From Toensbergia leucococca (taxonomy: Eukaryota), in NCBI GenBank assembly GCA_022813965.1, contig JALDZS010000058.1:62001-125348 (forward strand): a stretch of 63,348 bases of DNA. Reading direction: 5' to 3'. A program made the position numbers and the translations under genes. Below, one piece after another: positions 1 through 10,797 of the stretch. Positions within the stretch are counted from its first letter, which is position 1. Each line of letters begins with the position of its first letter. Under the pieces are notes generated by a model. It was not told the origin of the DNA. It searched no databases and saw only the letters and a program-made list of their open reading frames with translations.

Positions 1-539
1 CGTCTGCGAAGCTGATGTTCAACCACCAGTAATCAAATCCAGTTCCGATACCTACACAGTATTAGTGCCAGCCTAGCAAGATCTCATCATAGCAACGTAC
101 CGGTCTCATAATTGGCAGTGAGATCAGCGTTAGTCGTCGCACCAGGAGCTACATTAGTCCATATATGAGACTGCTTGCTGTTGCTGCTGTACTGATGAAT
201 AATTTCGACACTGCTCAGAGTGACGGCCAACGGATTAGAAAACCTAATGCTCGCTGCTCGACTGGTGGAGCCAACGTTGTCTTGAAAAAGGGCAGTAGCC
301 TTCTGGGATCCAGCAAGGGTCGAATCTGCGTTGTTTCCATTCAGAGTAGGTTTGTCACTGAGGATAGCGATAGAGCCATAATTGTTGATAGTCAAATTCT
401 CGATCCTATAAGACATGATTTCGTTTGATTGAGCTTTCGGTGATGAAGATGTGGCTAAGATGGGCTCAGATTCTGAAATAGTCGATTGAGAGCTTCCAGA
501 CGATGGGGTGAGCTGGTTCTTGCCGCACTTGTTGCACAT
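1..539 (-). CDS. PUD-1/PUD-2-like (up-regulated in daf-2) domain protein, 3' end runs off the window
   Basis: ATG at 539. Removing intron 100..52 (GTACGT...CTAAT...TAG) gives RAASIRFSN...SVEIIHQYSSNSKQSHIWTNVAPG...LTANYETG|IGTGFDYWWLNISFAD, which resembles the PUD pattern H.YS...W..+.PG...Y.TG..TG.D+W as I recall it. Confidence 0.65.
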
Positions 540-2906
540 AGTAGAGTGTAATAGAGTAGACTCTGGCTTGCTGGAAGTTCAGTGGTTGAGAAGTCGTCGG
601 AGAACGAATGGGACTTTATATCTCCTCAATGGGACACATCTCGGAGTGGTGACTCTCGTGTCGTTGAATACGAGCCTTCCGATTAAAGGCACTGTGATCA
701 ACATCGCCCACAGCCGTGATGAAATCTAGAATCAGCCTCTGTCAACCTTTAGGCTGCATGCAGAAATGATAAGACGAACAAACAAGCAGCAACAATATTG
801 GCGCTCGATTTGAGGGTGTCATGAGGTATCTCTCAGCCAGCCTTTGTAGAGTGAAAACGCCATCGGCCATCATTTTCGTGTTCTTTTCAATGCCAAATTG
901 GGGTCTAAAAGATGACTTCTTTTTGAAAGGAGTATTGAAGGCGACGATCTGCTGTATCGTGATGATTTAGCTTTGTTTTTCATATCCTACAGAGACGCCC
1001 GTCCTCGTATTCCCCAACACCAAGGTAAATTGGATCAAGTGCTGCCATTCCTTCCGTCCTCGTATATGACCATATTGAGAAACTTGGCTTAGCTTTTCTC
1101 GAGCCTATGCTCTCGTGGCATTAGATTTGTCCTTATCTTTACCATAAGTGAATTAGTCTGTCGCGTAACTTGGACGGATCTAGCAGGTGTCGACAATTAG
1201 ACTTTGAACGTGCTTTGGGTTGTGTAAATAGGGTTTTGATGCTCAAAGAATTGTCCGCGCGAGCTGCGTGCCCCAGAATTGGTGGCGGAGGCGAAGTACA
1301 GCCAAGCTGAATGCCGTCAAGGCTAGGACATCACCAGCATGAAAAATGCCGTCGCACACGTGATCAAGCCGAACTGAGCTCTCAGGATACTCGTATGTCG
1401 ATAAGTGACTTGATGATAGACTGGGAGAGCGAAACCCAAGTACAGAGAGAGGGGATCAACACAGCGGATTAGCAACAATACCGCACTCGTTATACAACAT
1501 CTAGATCATAGACTTGAGTGACGTGATGAATTCAGGATAACGACTGCTTTGAGGCAAAGAGCAGTCATGATGAGAGCTGTAGTCCAAAGCTCTGCGGATT
1601 AGGGTTGGTGCACTCTATCGAAGTGTTCATCGATCAACTGTGTGTGTCCATCTACCATTTAGTGTCCTGGGGCTGAAGTTGGGAGATAGGCTATGGAGAT
1701 TAGAGTGACCACATGCATTGCTGGAGTGAAATTCATTAATAACACTTTCTACTTTACCTTAGTTGACTGGAGTAGAGTCGGACACATCAGTTAATTATTC
1801 TTTCAAGAATGCTACAAATGTTTCCAAGTTCTATTACTGGACGTAGGAGCGAGATCTAGAAGCTTCGAAGACGGAAATGGGATGACAGTTCATTTGATGA
1901 ATTGTATCTTCTCGCGCTGGGTTTTGCGGCCCACGTTTGGGGCATGGTGTCTCAATCAATCTTTTCATCATTCTTTCCATCACTCATGACTGTTGCCACT
2001 CAGCTTCATCCCGGATCCAGAATGATCAGCTCAAGGACAAATGGCACTTGGGCACTGCCTCTCACTTGGATTCTCTGACGACAGCATGCCGGAAGCATGA
2101 GCGTTGTTTGACTCTTCAAGCTTCCCACTGTTGCTCCACGCCGGTTGCCATTGTGAAGTACCGACTGGTGAACTCCTAGATATTTTGACGACACACCAAG
2201 GCAGTGAACCTACCAAGTAGTGAGAGCAAAAATAGATCCACGTGAGGGAGGCCTCCCGCTAGAAATGCTGCGAGTGTGTGATTGGTTTTTTTTCAACGTC
2301 ACGAGACTGCGCCACAGGCGAGGTCCGGGGATCTGAACCTCTGAACAGAAAGGAAGATATAGAATATACGGATAGGTACCTATGGATAAGGCAGTCGGGT
2401 ACCTACCTAGGTAAGCACGTAAGGTACCACGGTTCCTATCTACCTTAAGTAAGTGGAGCCGATCGTCCTAAAACAAGCTGGGTAAGGTAGCGAGGATAGG
2501 TGGCACGGGTGGGTAGGTATGGTATTCTAATTAAAAGCATACCGTAATGGATCAATGGCCTTTGCTTCTTATTCATGATATCTTCACAGTGCTAGGAGTG
2601 GATACTTCAGCCTCCAACACAGTTCTGGCCACTCTCCCACTCTGCATCTATCAGCTACCTATCGTCATTCGCATTAGCGACGTCCTGACCACTCACATCA
2701 TCTACTCGTACATTCGCCAAGACTCTATGCATACAGCATGCAGCATTGACACGTCAACTGTACGACCGACCTCGCACTCAAGCGCTCCACACTGCCGCTC
2801 TTGGATAGTTACACAAAACTGCTTTTGAAGAACAAGATGTCGAGTAACGTTCAACAAACCTTAGTTGCGAACCATTCTTACACTCTCACCATCTTCCCAA
2901 TCAACC

Positions 2907-3731
2907 ATGCCTCTCCTCCTCTCCGAAGCCCTCGAATCCGACTTTGACTCCATCATCCGCTGCCAGTTCGCCGCTTTCTGGCCACATGAACACTCGCACA
3001 GTATCATCTGGCCAGGGTCCCCGACGCCCGAAACCCTCGAAAAGTACAGAGTTCGGCATTTGCATCTGTTGGCTGCCGATAGCCATGCCACATTTTTAAA
3101 GATCAACGACTCTGACACTGGAGAAATTGTTGCGGGAGCGAAGTGGTGTATCTACAAACAAGGCATTGAGAGGCCGAAGCGGATAAACGTGGACTGGTAT
3201 GGAGAGGATGGGAGCGAGGATAGAGCATATTGCCAGTTCGTGATGGATGAATTTCATGGGAGGAGAGTAGAGAGGATGACAGGGCCGCATTGTTGTAGGT
3301 GCCACGATTTCACATTTTCATCTCTATCTGGCACTGTTTTTCACTCAAGCCTGATGCCTTTGTTCGTTATTGACTCGACGAATCCTGACTTGGCTGACCT
3401 TCTTGTTTATATAGTACTCGACCTCCTCTTCTGCATACCAACTTACCAGCACCGAGGCGCCGGCACTCAACTAGTCCAATGGGGTGTCCAACGCGCCGAC
3501 AAAATGGGTATCCAGGCCTTTGTCGAAGCCACACGCGCGGGTCGCCATTTGTATGAGCAGAATGGGTTTACGTCTATGGAGAGTGTTCAATTAGGGGCGA
3601 CGAGGTGGCCGGATAAGCCACTGGTGGAGTATTTCTCTATGCATCGGCCAGCGAGAGGGGCAAGTGATGTTCAACATAGTGTTACTGAACGCGTACCAGA
3701 TGGTTATAAGAAATTGAGTGATGTTGTATAA
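2907..3731 (+). CDS. GNAT family N-acetyltransferase
   Basis: ATG 2907; GEIVAGAKW; acetyl-CoA motif A PTYQHRGAGTQLVQWG; EATRAGRHLYEQNGF. Predicted intron 3295..3414 (GTAGGT...CTGAC...TAG). Confidence 0.9.
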   Translation: MPLLLSEALESDFDSIIRCQFAAFWPHEHSHSIIWPGSPTPETLEKYRVRHLHLLAADSHATFLKINDSDTGEIVAGAKWCIYKQGIERPKRINVDWYGEDGSEDRAYCQFVMDEFHGRRVERMTGPHCCRCHDFTFSSLSGTVFHSSLMPLFVIDSTNPDLADLLVYIVLDLLFCIPTYQHRGAGTQLVQWGVQRADKMGIQAFVEATRAGRHLYEQNGFTSMESVQLGATRWPDKPLVEYFSMHRPARGASDVQHSVTERVPDGYKKLSDVV

Positions 3732-4895
3732 ATATTGTGAGGGCTTGAGATGCATTATACTATGAGAGTGAGAGATCATTTGTCGCTCAACGCATTATCT
3801 ATCCGTTGATGACGTCCGTTCTCTATTCCTATCCTTCAATCTTGCACAAGTGAGAGGTACGTTCACAACAATTTAGTTTCAAGCTAAGAGACGTACTCCC
3901 GGCGACTCGAATAAGTCTGAAGCACATACCCTCAGAATCAAATAAACCCATGCTATATTTCAATTGAAAGATGAAAGAGCTTGTATTCTCTACCTCCTGC
4001 AACATCCAGAATAATAATGGCAGATATCTCACTAGCAGCTACGAGACAGGGCTTCATTGGCTCAAGAGCTCAAAAACTCAGAAATGAGGCAGAGATCTAA
4101 ACAAAGCCAAGATAGCTGGCCTGATAAGAAAAGTATCATTTCACACCGCGAGATATCCATGATTCCCAACGCTGCATTCCCATTTTATTTGTTTCCATTA
4201 TTCGAACGTGGAGAATGGCGTAGAGGGGAGCGGAATAGTGAGGAAATCCGTTGGAGGGAGCAGGCTGGAGATGAGGGCATCCGGAAAACGTAGTGAGACC
4301 ACGAAGGGGGGCAAGATTCAATAGGTAGTTTGGGGTATCTGTAAGGGTTTTAGGAGTATACAACTTGCCTGAACTACGACTGTAGACTTTCTACATTCGA
4401 TCAAGTCAATGTACTGAGTGACTCGAGGGTTGATATTCAACAATGGCGTGAGCTAGAAGACCAGAGAAGACTGGTTTGAAAACTGTCCCGCCTAGCCCGA
4501 AGTAGCGAATTGTGGCAACGTGAGTTTTAGGGTTGAGGCTGGTGAAGGACTCGGAGCTTTGAAAGTGTGGCTTGTACAGCGAGTATGTCATAGAATACCT
4601 GAGTCGTACTCGATTCGTGTCTATGCATCGTCATCGTCACATACAATACCTTATTTCCGAGCCTCCTTACCTATCATAGCTGAAATCCTCGACTGCGCCT
4701 TCGTTAGAGACGACACTCAGCCCCCGCCCGTAGAATATAGGGCTGACCCCAACGAGACGTGAGGGGTTGATAAGTTCATAAATAATCGCTTACTTCCACC
4801 ACCCCACTCTTCACCTACAACCAAACCCAACATTTCGAATAACATCACTCCAGCAAAGTAGTCACTTGGATCTCACTCTCAAAACCTCATCCATC

Positions 4896-5652
4896 ATGTC
4901 AGACCCGTACAACCAATACCCGCCAAATTACTCCCGAGGCCCTCCCGGTGGTCAACAACAAGGCTACCCACCCCAAGGCCAATACTACGACCAATCCCCC
5001 GCCTACAACCAGCAGGGCTACCCTCCACAAGCTCCCCAATACGGCGAGAGCAACGCACCCGCTGGCTACGGTCCCCCAGCCCGCACAAATTCCTACGGAC
5101 CACCCCAACACGGCGGCTTTCAGCACGGCCAGCAAGGCGGCCAATATGGTGCCTACGACGCCAGTAATCCCCAAGGCCAAGGAGCATATTAGTACGTCCT
5201 TAATCCACTCCCCAAGAAAGAATCAAAAATCCACGTCCAAAAAAAACCGAAACTAACTCAACTTTTCCAGCGGTGCCCCAGGCCAAGACAACCGTGGCTA
5301 CGGCGACCAATATCCACCCCAACAACAACCCCAAAACCTCCCCCAATCCCAAGATCCCAACGCCCCAAACTACGACCCCAACGCCCCCGCCGACGGCGAG
5401 CGTGGCCTTATGGGTGCCATCGGAGGCGGTCTGGCGGGCCATTACGCTGGAAATAAATATGGCAATCATGGCTTTTTGGGCATGTTGGGGGGCGCGTTTG
5501 CGGGGAGTAAGCTTGAGGATCAGTTGAAGAAGCAGGGGAAGCAGGGGGGCCAGGGGGGCCAGCAGGGAGGGTATGGGGGTGGGAGTGGGAGTGGGCATCA
5601 TCATCATCAGCAGAGTCAGGGGGGCAGTAGTTGGGGTGGGGGAAAGTGGTAG
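4896..5652 (+). CDS. Q/G/Y/P-rich low-complexity protein with a C-terminal glycine-zipper segment
   Basis: ATG 4896; intron 5192..5270 (GTACGT...CTAAC...CAG) restores the frame into DGERGLMGAIGGGLAGHYAGNKYGNHGFLGMLGGAFAGSKLED, a common fungal glycine-zipper motif. Confidence 0.85.
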
Positions 5653-6540
5653 AGTTTTGCGGCTTTGAGAGGGGGTTTGAAGGCTTGGAAATAAGATTGG
5701 CCTTCTCATGATTGCGATGACGGATTGGGGTTTTGTTCATGAAAGTTTTGCTTGCGTTTGGTTTTTTTGAAATAAGAATCTGCTCAAATGGATTGGTTTT
5801 CTTCACGTTCCAACTAGATCATTAGGATGAGCTTGTCGTTCTAGATAATCACGTCACACAGTCTCACACTACCTATCCATAAAACACAAACCCACCCTTC
5901 CCCTCTCACTATCCCTCCCCTTCATCTCTTTTTATCTCTCTCACTCAACTCACTCATTTCATACCCTTATTCTAAGGCTCTTCTCTTCTTACAACCCCTT
6001 TTCTCAGTACAAGACATACATCAAGAAGTCTCAACTTCATCATTTCTGTCACTTTGAGTTATGAAAGAAGCAGAGCGAGATATGAGACTGTGTTTGATTT
6101 TGTTTTTCTTGTTTGTCTGCTGTGAGTTAAGCATCACATACCTTTAAACCCTTTTCTGTTTTTGATATGTGTATTTTATAATTTGACTCAGTCCTTGTGT
6201 TCTCTATTCTCTATTCTCTACTCTCTATCCTTAACCCTTTACACAAACTCACACAAAACTCAAAAACTCAAAAACCTGCATCTTCACTCTCTCAAATCAC
6301 CTCCCCCCTCCCTCCCCTCTCCGCTCAATTTAAAGACACATACAATCTCACTCACAACTCAAAACCTCTGACTAAAAAAAAGCAGAGAAGAGAAAGAGAA
6401 AGAAGCAAGAAAGATAAAAGGTTTATTAGAATTTGATATCTGATGTATTGAACACTGATTGAAAAAACTTGTGATGAAGTTTGCATCAGAGTGACTTATT
6501 TGATTGAGAGGGAAGAATGAGAGTGAAGGGAGATAAAGAA

Positions 6541-6603
6541 AGAAGAAGAAGAAGAAGAAGAAGAAGAAGAAGAAGAAGAAGAAGAAGAAGAAGAAGAAGA
6601 AGA
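6541..6603. repeat. (AGA)21 trinucleotide microsatellite
   Basis: Perfect run read directly from the sequence. Confidence 0.97.
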
Positions 6604-7118
6604 GGTGAGGAGGGTGTGATTTGGTGCCTGCTGATGAGGGGGAAGGGAAAAAGAAGGTGAAAGAAAGGGAGAAAGAAGAGAATGTAAAATGAGAGGGAAG
6701 GTAATAGGTTGTTGGTGAGTATTGAGCAATTATTTGAAATGAAAGCTGAGGGTTGAGTAGGGCATAGGAATAGAAGGTCATGGGGTGTGTATTTATTCAT
6801 AGTAGGTATGGAGGTAGAATTAAGACTGATTTATGGAGTCTCAACCTGGGGTATCTTCTCTGCCTACTGCTTTGCCGGCTTTTGGCCCTAAATAACACAC
6901 AAGAAATAAAATACGGTGTGAAATAGTTCCAACATGCCTTCTTCACTTGTGAAAGAATGTTGATAAGAAATGGCCCCTGGAAAACATCTAGCCTCATAGG
7001 TTGAGAAAGATCATACAAGATTTGAGCTCGACATCCATCCCTACTCCAAAGGGGGTAATCGTATCAACCAAATAAAAACGGGCGCGGAAAGAATCCCAAA
7101 AATTCATCATACATATCA

Positions 7119-9522
7119 TTACCAGTCCCGATACACCCCATCTTCTCCACGAACTAGGACAATCGTCTCTGGCGGATTCTCACTTCCAGAGATAGCTGCA
7201 TCGGTAAGGTGGATTTTGATGCCTCGAATGAGCTGTGCCGCCTGCTCAGAAGCCCTCGCCGTGTCTATGGTTGGATTCTGGACGAGGCCTGATGCGAGGG
7301 GCGTCGCAGCTGCTGCAACCTCGGGAGACCTCGGCACTAGTGTCGTCGATGCCGAAGACATGCGAGATGGCACGAACGTGGATCGTGTATCCGTATAGCG
7401 CTGCGACTCGGAGGTTGGGTCGATGAGACCTGCTCGCGAATCCGTGCGCTGCCATTGACCACGTGTTCCTTCTGCTCCGTCGCTAGATAGACTAGGCACT
7501 GGAGTTGAAGACTCAAAATTAGTATTGGGATAGAGACCAATACGTTCAGCTACTGCTTTGACTGTGCCTGCTCCTGGAAGCAGGGACATGTTTAGATGTT
7601 CTTCACGTTCGTGGTGGAATTCGGGATTCTCGTGTACGCTTTCACGTAAACGGTGGTTTGACTCCATGGCCTCGGGCTCTTCTTTGAGTTCAAAGTCCAC
7701 CATTGGTTCTTCTTCCAAGTAAATCTCTTGCACCTCCTGATCAGTCCTTTGATATCGTACTACAGGATAACCCAATGTGGAGAAGCCAAAGACTCGACTG
7801 CCTCCTGCGAGGGCCTTGATGCCATCTCGTGGAGAAACCAAACGCCCCTGAGTCTTTCGTGCAATCAACACAGGGTTCTTCCAAAACAATCTGAAATTCG
7901 TTAATTCAAGCCTGATGCGAGCGTAAAGTGTTACGAAGGGGAATTTGAGAAGTGTCCAAGCTGTTTTTGTTTTACTCTTGGCTGAAGCTTCGAGGGTCTC
8001 AAGGATATGCACGTCCGCACCCTCATACCCCGTGCGTTGCCATTCTTGATCGAATACGACAACTGGTTTTGAAGGTTTGCGGTGATTTCCAGGAGGTCTG
8101 GTAGGTAGGGGTTCCTGAGAATGAGATGCTTGTCTGTCGATCCCTAACCCTGTCCGTCCTTCGGGATCTTGATCCACCGAGGAAATGGAGCGATCATGTT
8201 CTTGACGGGCATTTTTAATACTGTTCTTCGAACGTGTTTCCCTCCAACGCCGCAGCCTTGCTAAATAGATGTTCATAATCCAGACACTGGTGTCGATCAT
8301 CCTATCATGATAATGGGCAATGAGAGCAGCCAGAAAGACCAGGCATGTTGCAGCCCATGGAGACCATTGCCCGACCAATGGAAAAGCCTCACTTACAGGA
8401 CGAATTGCCAGGGCGAATTCATAGGCAAAAAGGTTCAGAATGAACAATGGGACACAAACAAAAGCGACAAAGACAGCGGCAAGATAGCTAAATAGTGCCC
8501 AGACTTTCGCAATGCGTTGCTGCCATAATTTGGCGACTTTTCCTTGGAAGTGAGGGATCTTGAGACGATTCCAGAAAATGAAAACCTCATCTCGGACCTC
8601 AAAAGGTCGTCTTCTTCCAAAGCAACTAGCCCATATTCCTTGTAAAATAATATAGGGAAATAAGAAGTCGGACCAAAATGTGAAACTATAATAGAAATTA
8701 ACCTCCCTGGCCTTGTGTTTATTAGCACTTTCGCCATATAGATCGTAAAAGGTCTCATTGCTGATGAGAATAAGGTCGCTCGTTCGTCGAAAGATGGTAT
8801 GAAATGGGGGTGTAGAGCAAGGATTGGTACAGTTGTGTTCTTGCACATAGCTAGGACCAATATATTGTACACCAGTGCCATTCGTGCCAGGTGCACAGCT
8901 GATGGTTGTGACGTCGACTGAGATCTCGGTCCACGAGGAGCCCCACACGATGAGATAGAATAAAGAAATGAAGCCGACGGTGATAAGGCAGCCCCAATAC
9001 ACTACTATGGTCCGAGCTTCATGGTTCCGCAGAGTCTTAGACCAATTTAGCATGGGCACAACCATGAGACATGAAGTGCTGAGTATGGCCATCAACGCGT
9101 CCCGATCGAAATCCCCCCATGATAGGCCCGTCCAGACAAAAAGGCAAGCATGTATGGCGGCAACACCGGAGTAGGTCAAGGCGGCGCCTAGAGCACCAGC
9201 TACGAGCCAGAGGTGTTGATGAATTAACAAGGCAAAGACCAAGGTACAGTAGAATAGGACTCGTGGCATTGTGGCATATCCACCCTAGATGCAGTATTAG
9301 CTCAAGATGTAGAGGCTTCTGAAAGGCACATACCGAGATGGGATAGGAGCAAAGAGCGGTGGTTTCATCATTACTGAATATGCCAATCTGACTCAAGCTT
9401 GTGGCGACGGGGAGAACGGGGGACGTGGTAGTGGTGGTGTCGGTTGCAGCATCAGCTGGGCATATTATGAGCAGGCTGCAAAGGGTAAGCAAGAAGACAG
9501 TAAGTCGAGGGAGTGATCGCAT
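7119..9522 (-). CDS. Uncharacterised fungal multipass membrane protein with signal peptide and long cytoplasmic tail
   Basis: Hydrophobic N-terminus from ATG 9522; intron 9333..9285 joins CSYPIS|GGYATMPRVLFY...WLVAGALGAALTYSGVAAIHA; several hydrophobic helices; VGQWSPW motif; 716-codon open second exon. Confidence 0.85.
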
Positions 9523-9876
9523 GGCTGTGGTTGATTTCTCGGTGCCAGCGACGCGACAAAAGATCAGCCAGCAGTCTCTGGCTATTGACTACTGAACTGT
9601 GGCTGTATGGCATCAGCACTAGCAGTCGCCATCTCGCCAAGTTGCCCACGGCACCAGTGGGCAATGGTGGCGATGATTGATGGTGTGCAGCTGGAAATAA
9701 GCCGGACAAACTTCAGCCAATGTGTTGCTGTGCACAAATGCACAAATTTTGAGCAACAGGCAGCTCCTCTCTTGTATCAGGCAAATCAGTAGTGGTGGTA
9801 GGGACGGTAATCATTGGTAAACTGGCTCTGCTAGGGGGTACGATTGGTGTAGACGTTCAAGGGGCTGTCATTAGAA

Positions 9877-10020
9877 TAGGAGGGTTGACCGGCCCAACCC
9901 CCACTCCCCCCAATTTCCATTCTATTCTAGAATAGCGGCGAGTGGCGGTATTCTAAGAAAATAGTAGATTTCTGGCCTTAGCCCTACCTAAACTGGCCGG
10001 TTGGGCGGTCGACCCTTCTA
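9877..10020. mobile_element. Putative MITE-like relic (about 140 bp, imperfect terminal inverted repeats, TA at both ends)
   Basis: Left end TAGGAGGGTTGACCGGCCCAACC; reverse complement of right end TAGAAGGGTCGACCG-CCCAACC (2 mismatches, 1 indel). No coding capacity. Confidence 0.5.
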
Positions 10021-10797
10021 GCAGTCGAGCTGCAATAGAATGGAACAGATGCTTTTGAGGTGGGATTTGTCCGCCTAAATCGACTGTTCTACGGATATCA
10101 CGTCCTCTTTCACTCCTCCACCCCGTCCTCTATTTTAGGGCATGTATTGAGCGGGGACCCGTGGCGGAATTGCGCCCAGCGGTGGGGGCAGGGGTGGGAG
10201 CAGAGGATCACGGTCCAGGCTTTGGAATTACACTTTTGCAATTTCTTTCGAGAAATGTTTTCTTGTTCATCTCTAATGCAAAGTAAAAAAGGATAATGTT
10301 TACCGTGAATCATTCCTTGTGATACTATCTACCTTACCTTATCCTCAGAGCAACTCGGCTATCTCACGAACAATAGAAGGTCGTACTTAATTGCGAACGT
10401 TTGGGCCCTGTTCGCCCTCTGCCCTTTAACTCCAATCCCCTTCGTACATGGCCTCATCTCAGGTACCTAATGTTGACGAGTATGTGCGTTGACTTCCTGC
10501 ACATATACCCTCAATCCATCTTTTTGCCCTACCTAGCCTGAGTCTGCCAATATCAGCAACCTCTGTCGCAGCTTTAATTACCCCACTCGTTTGTTCACTT
10601 CTGCCTACCTACTTCAACACCAACTCCATCACTCCAACCTCACGTCTGCATACTTCAACTTCATGAATCTTTCCTCCTATCTAGAATTCTATCGATTGAT
10701 TTTTTTCTCATTCGTTGGACCAACCGACAGCTTGTCTTAGCCTCTTATAATATTTCCCCTCCGCTGCTTTGATGATATTCGACTTGCGTTGCGCGAC

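Noticed and set aside
2370..2525. AGGT/ACCT-rich patch with short palindromes
   Set aside because: A common low-complexity texture in ascomycete intergenic DNA; no defined unit or ends.
6359..6800. Poly-F, poly-L and poly-S ORFs (also 17563-17805)
   Set aside because: Artefacts of trinucleotide microsatellites.
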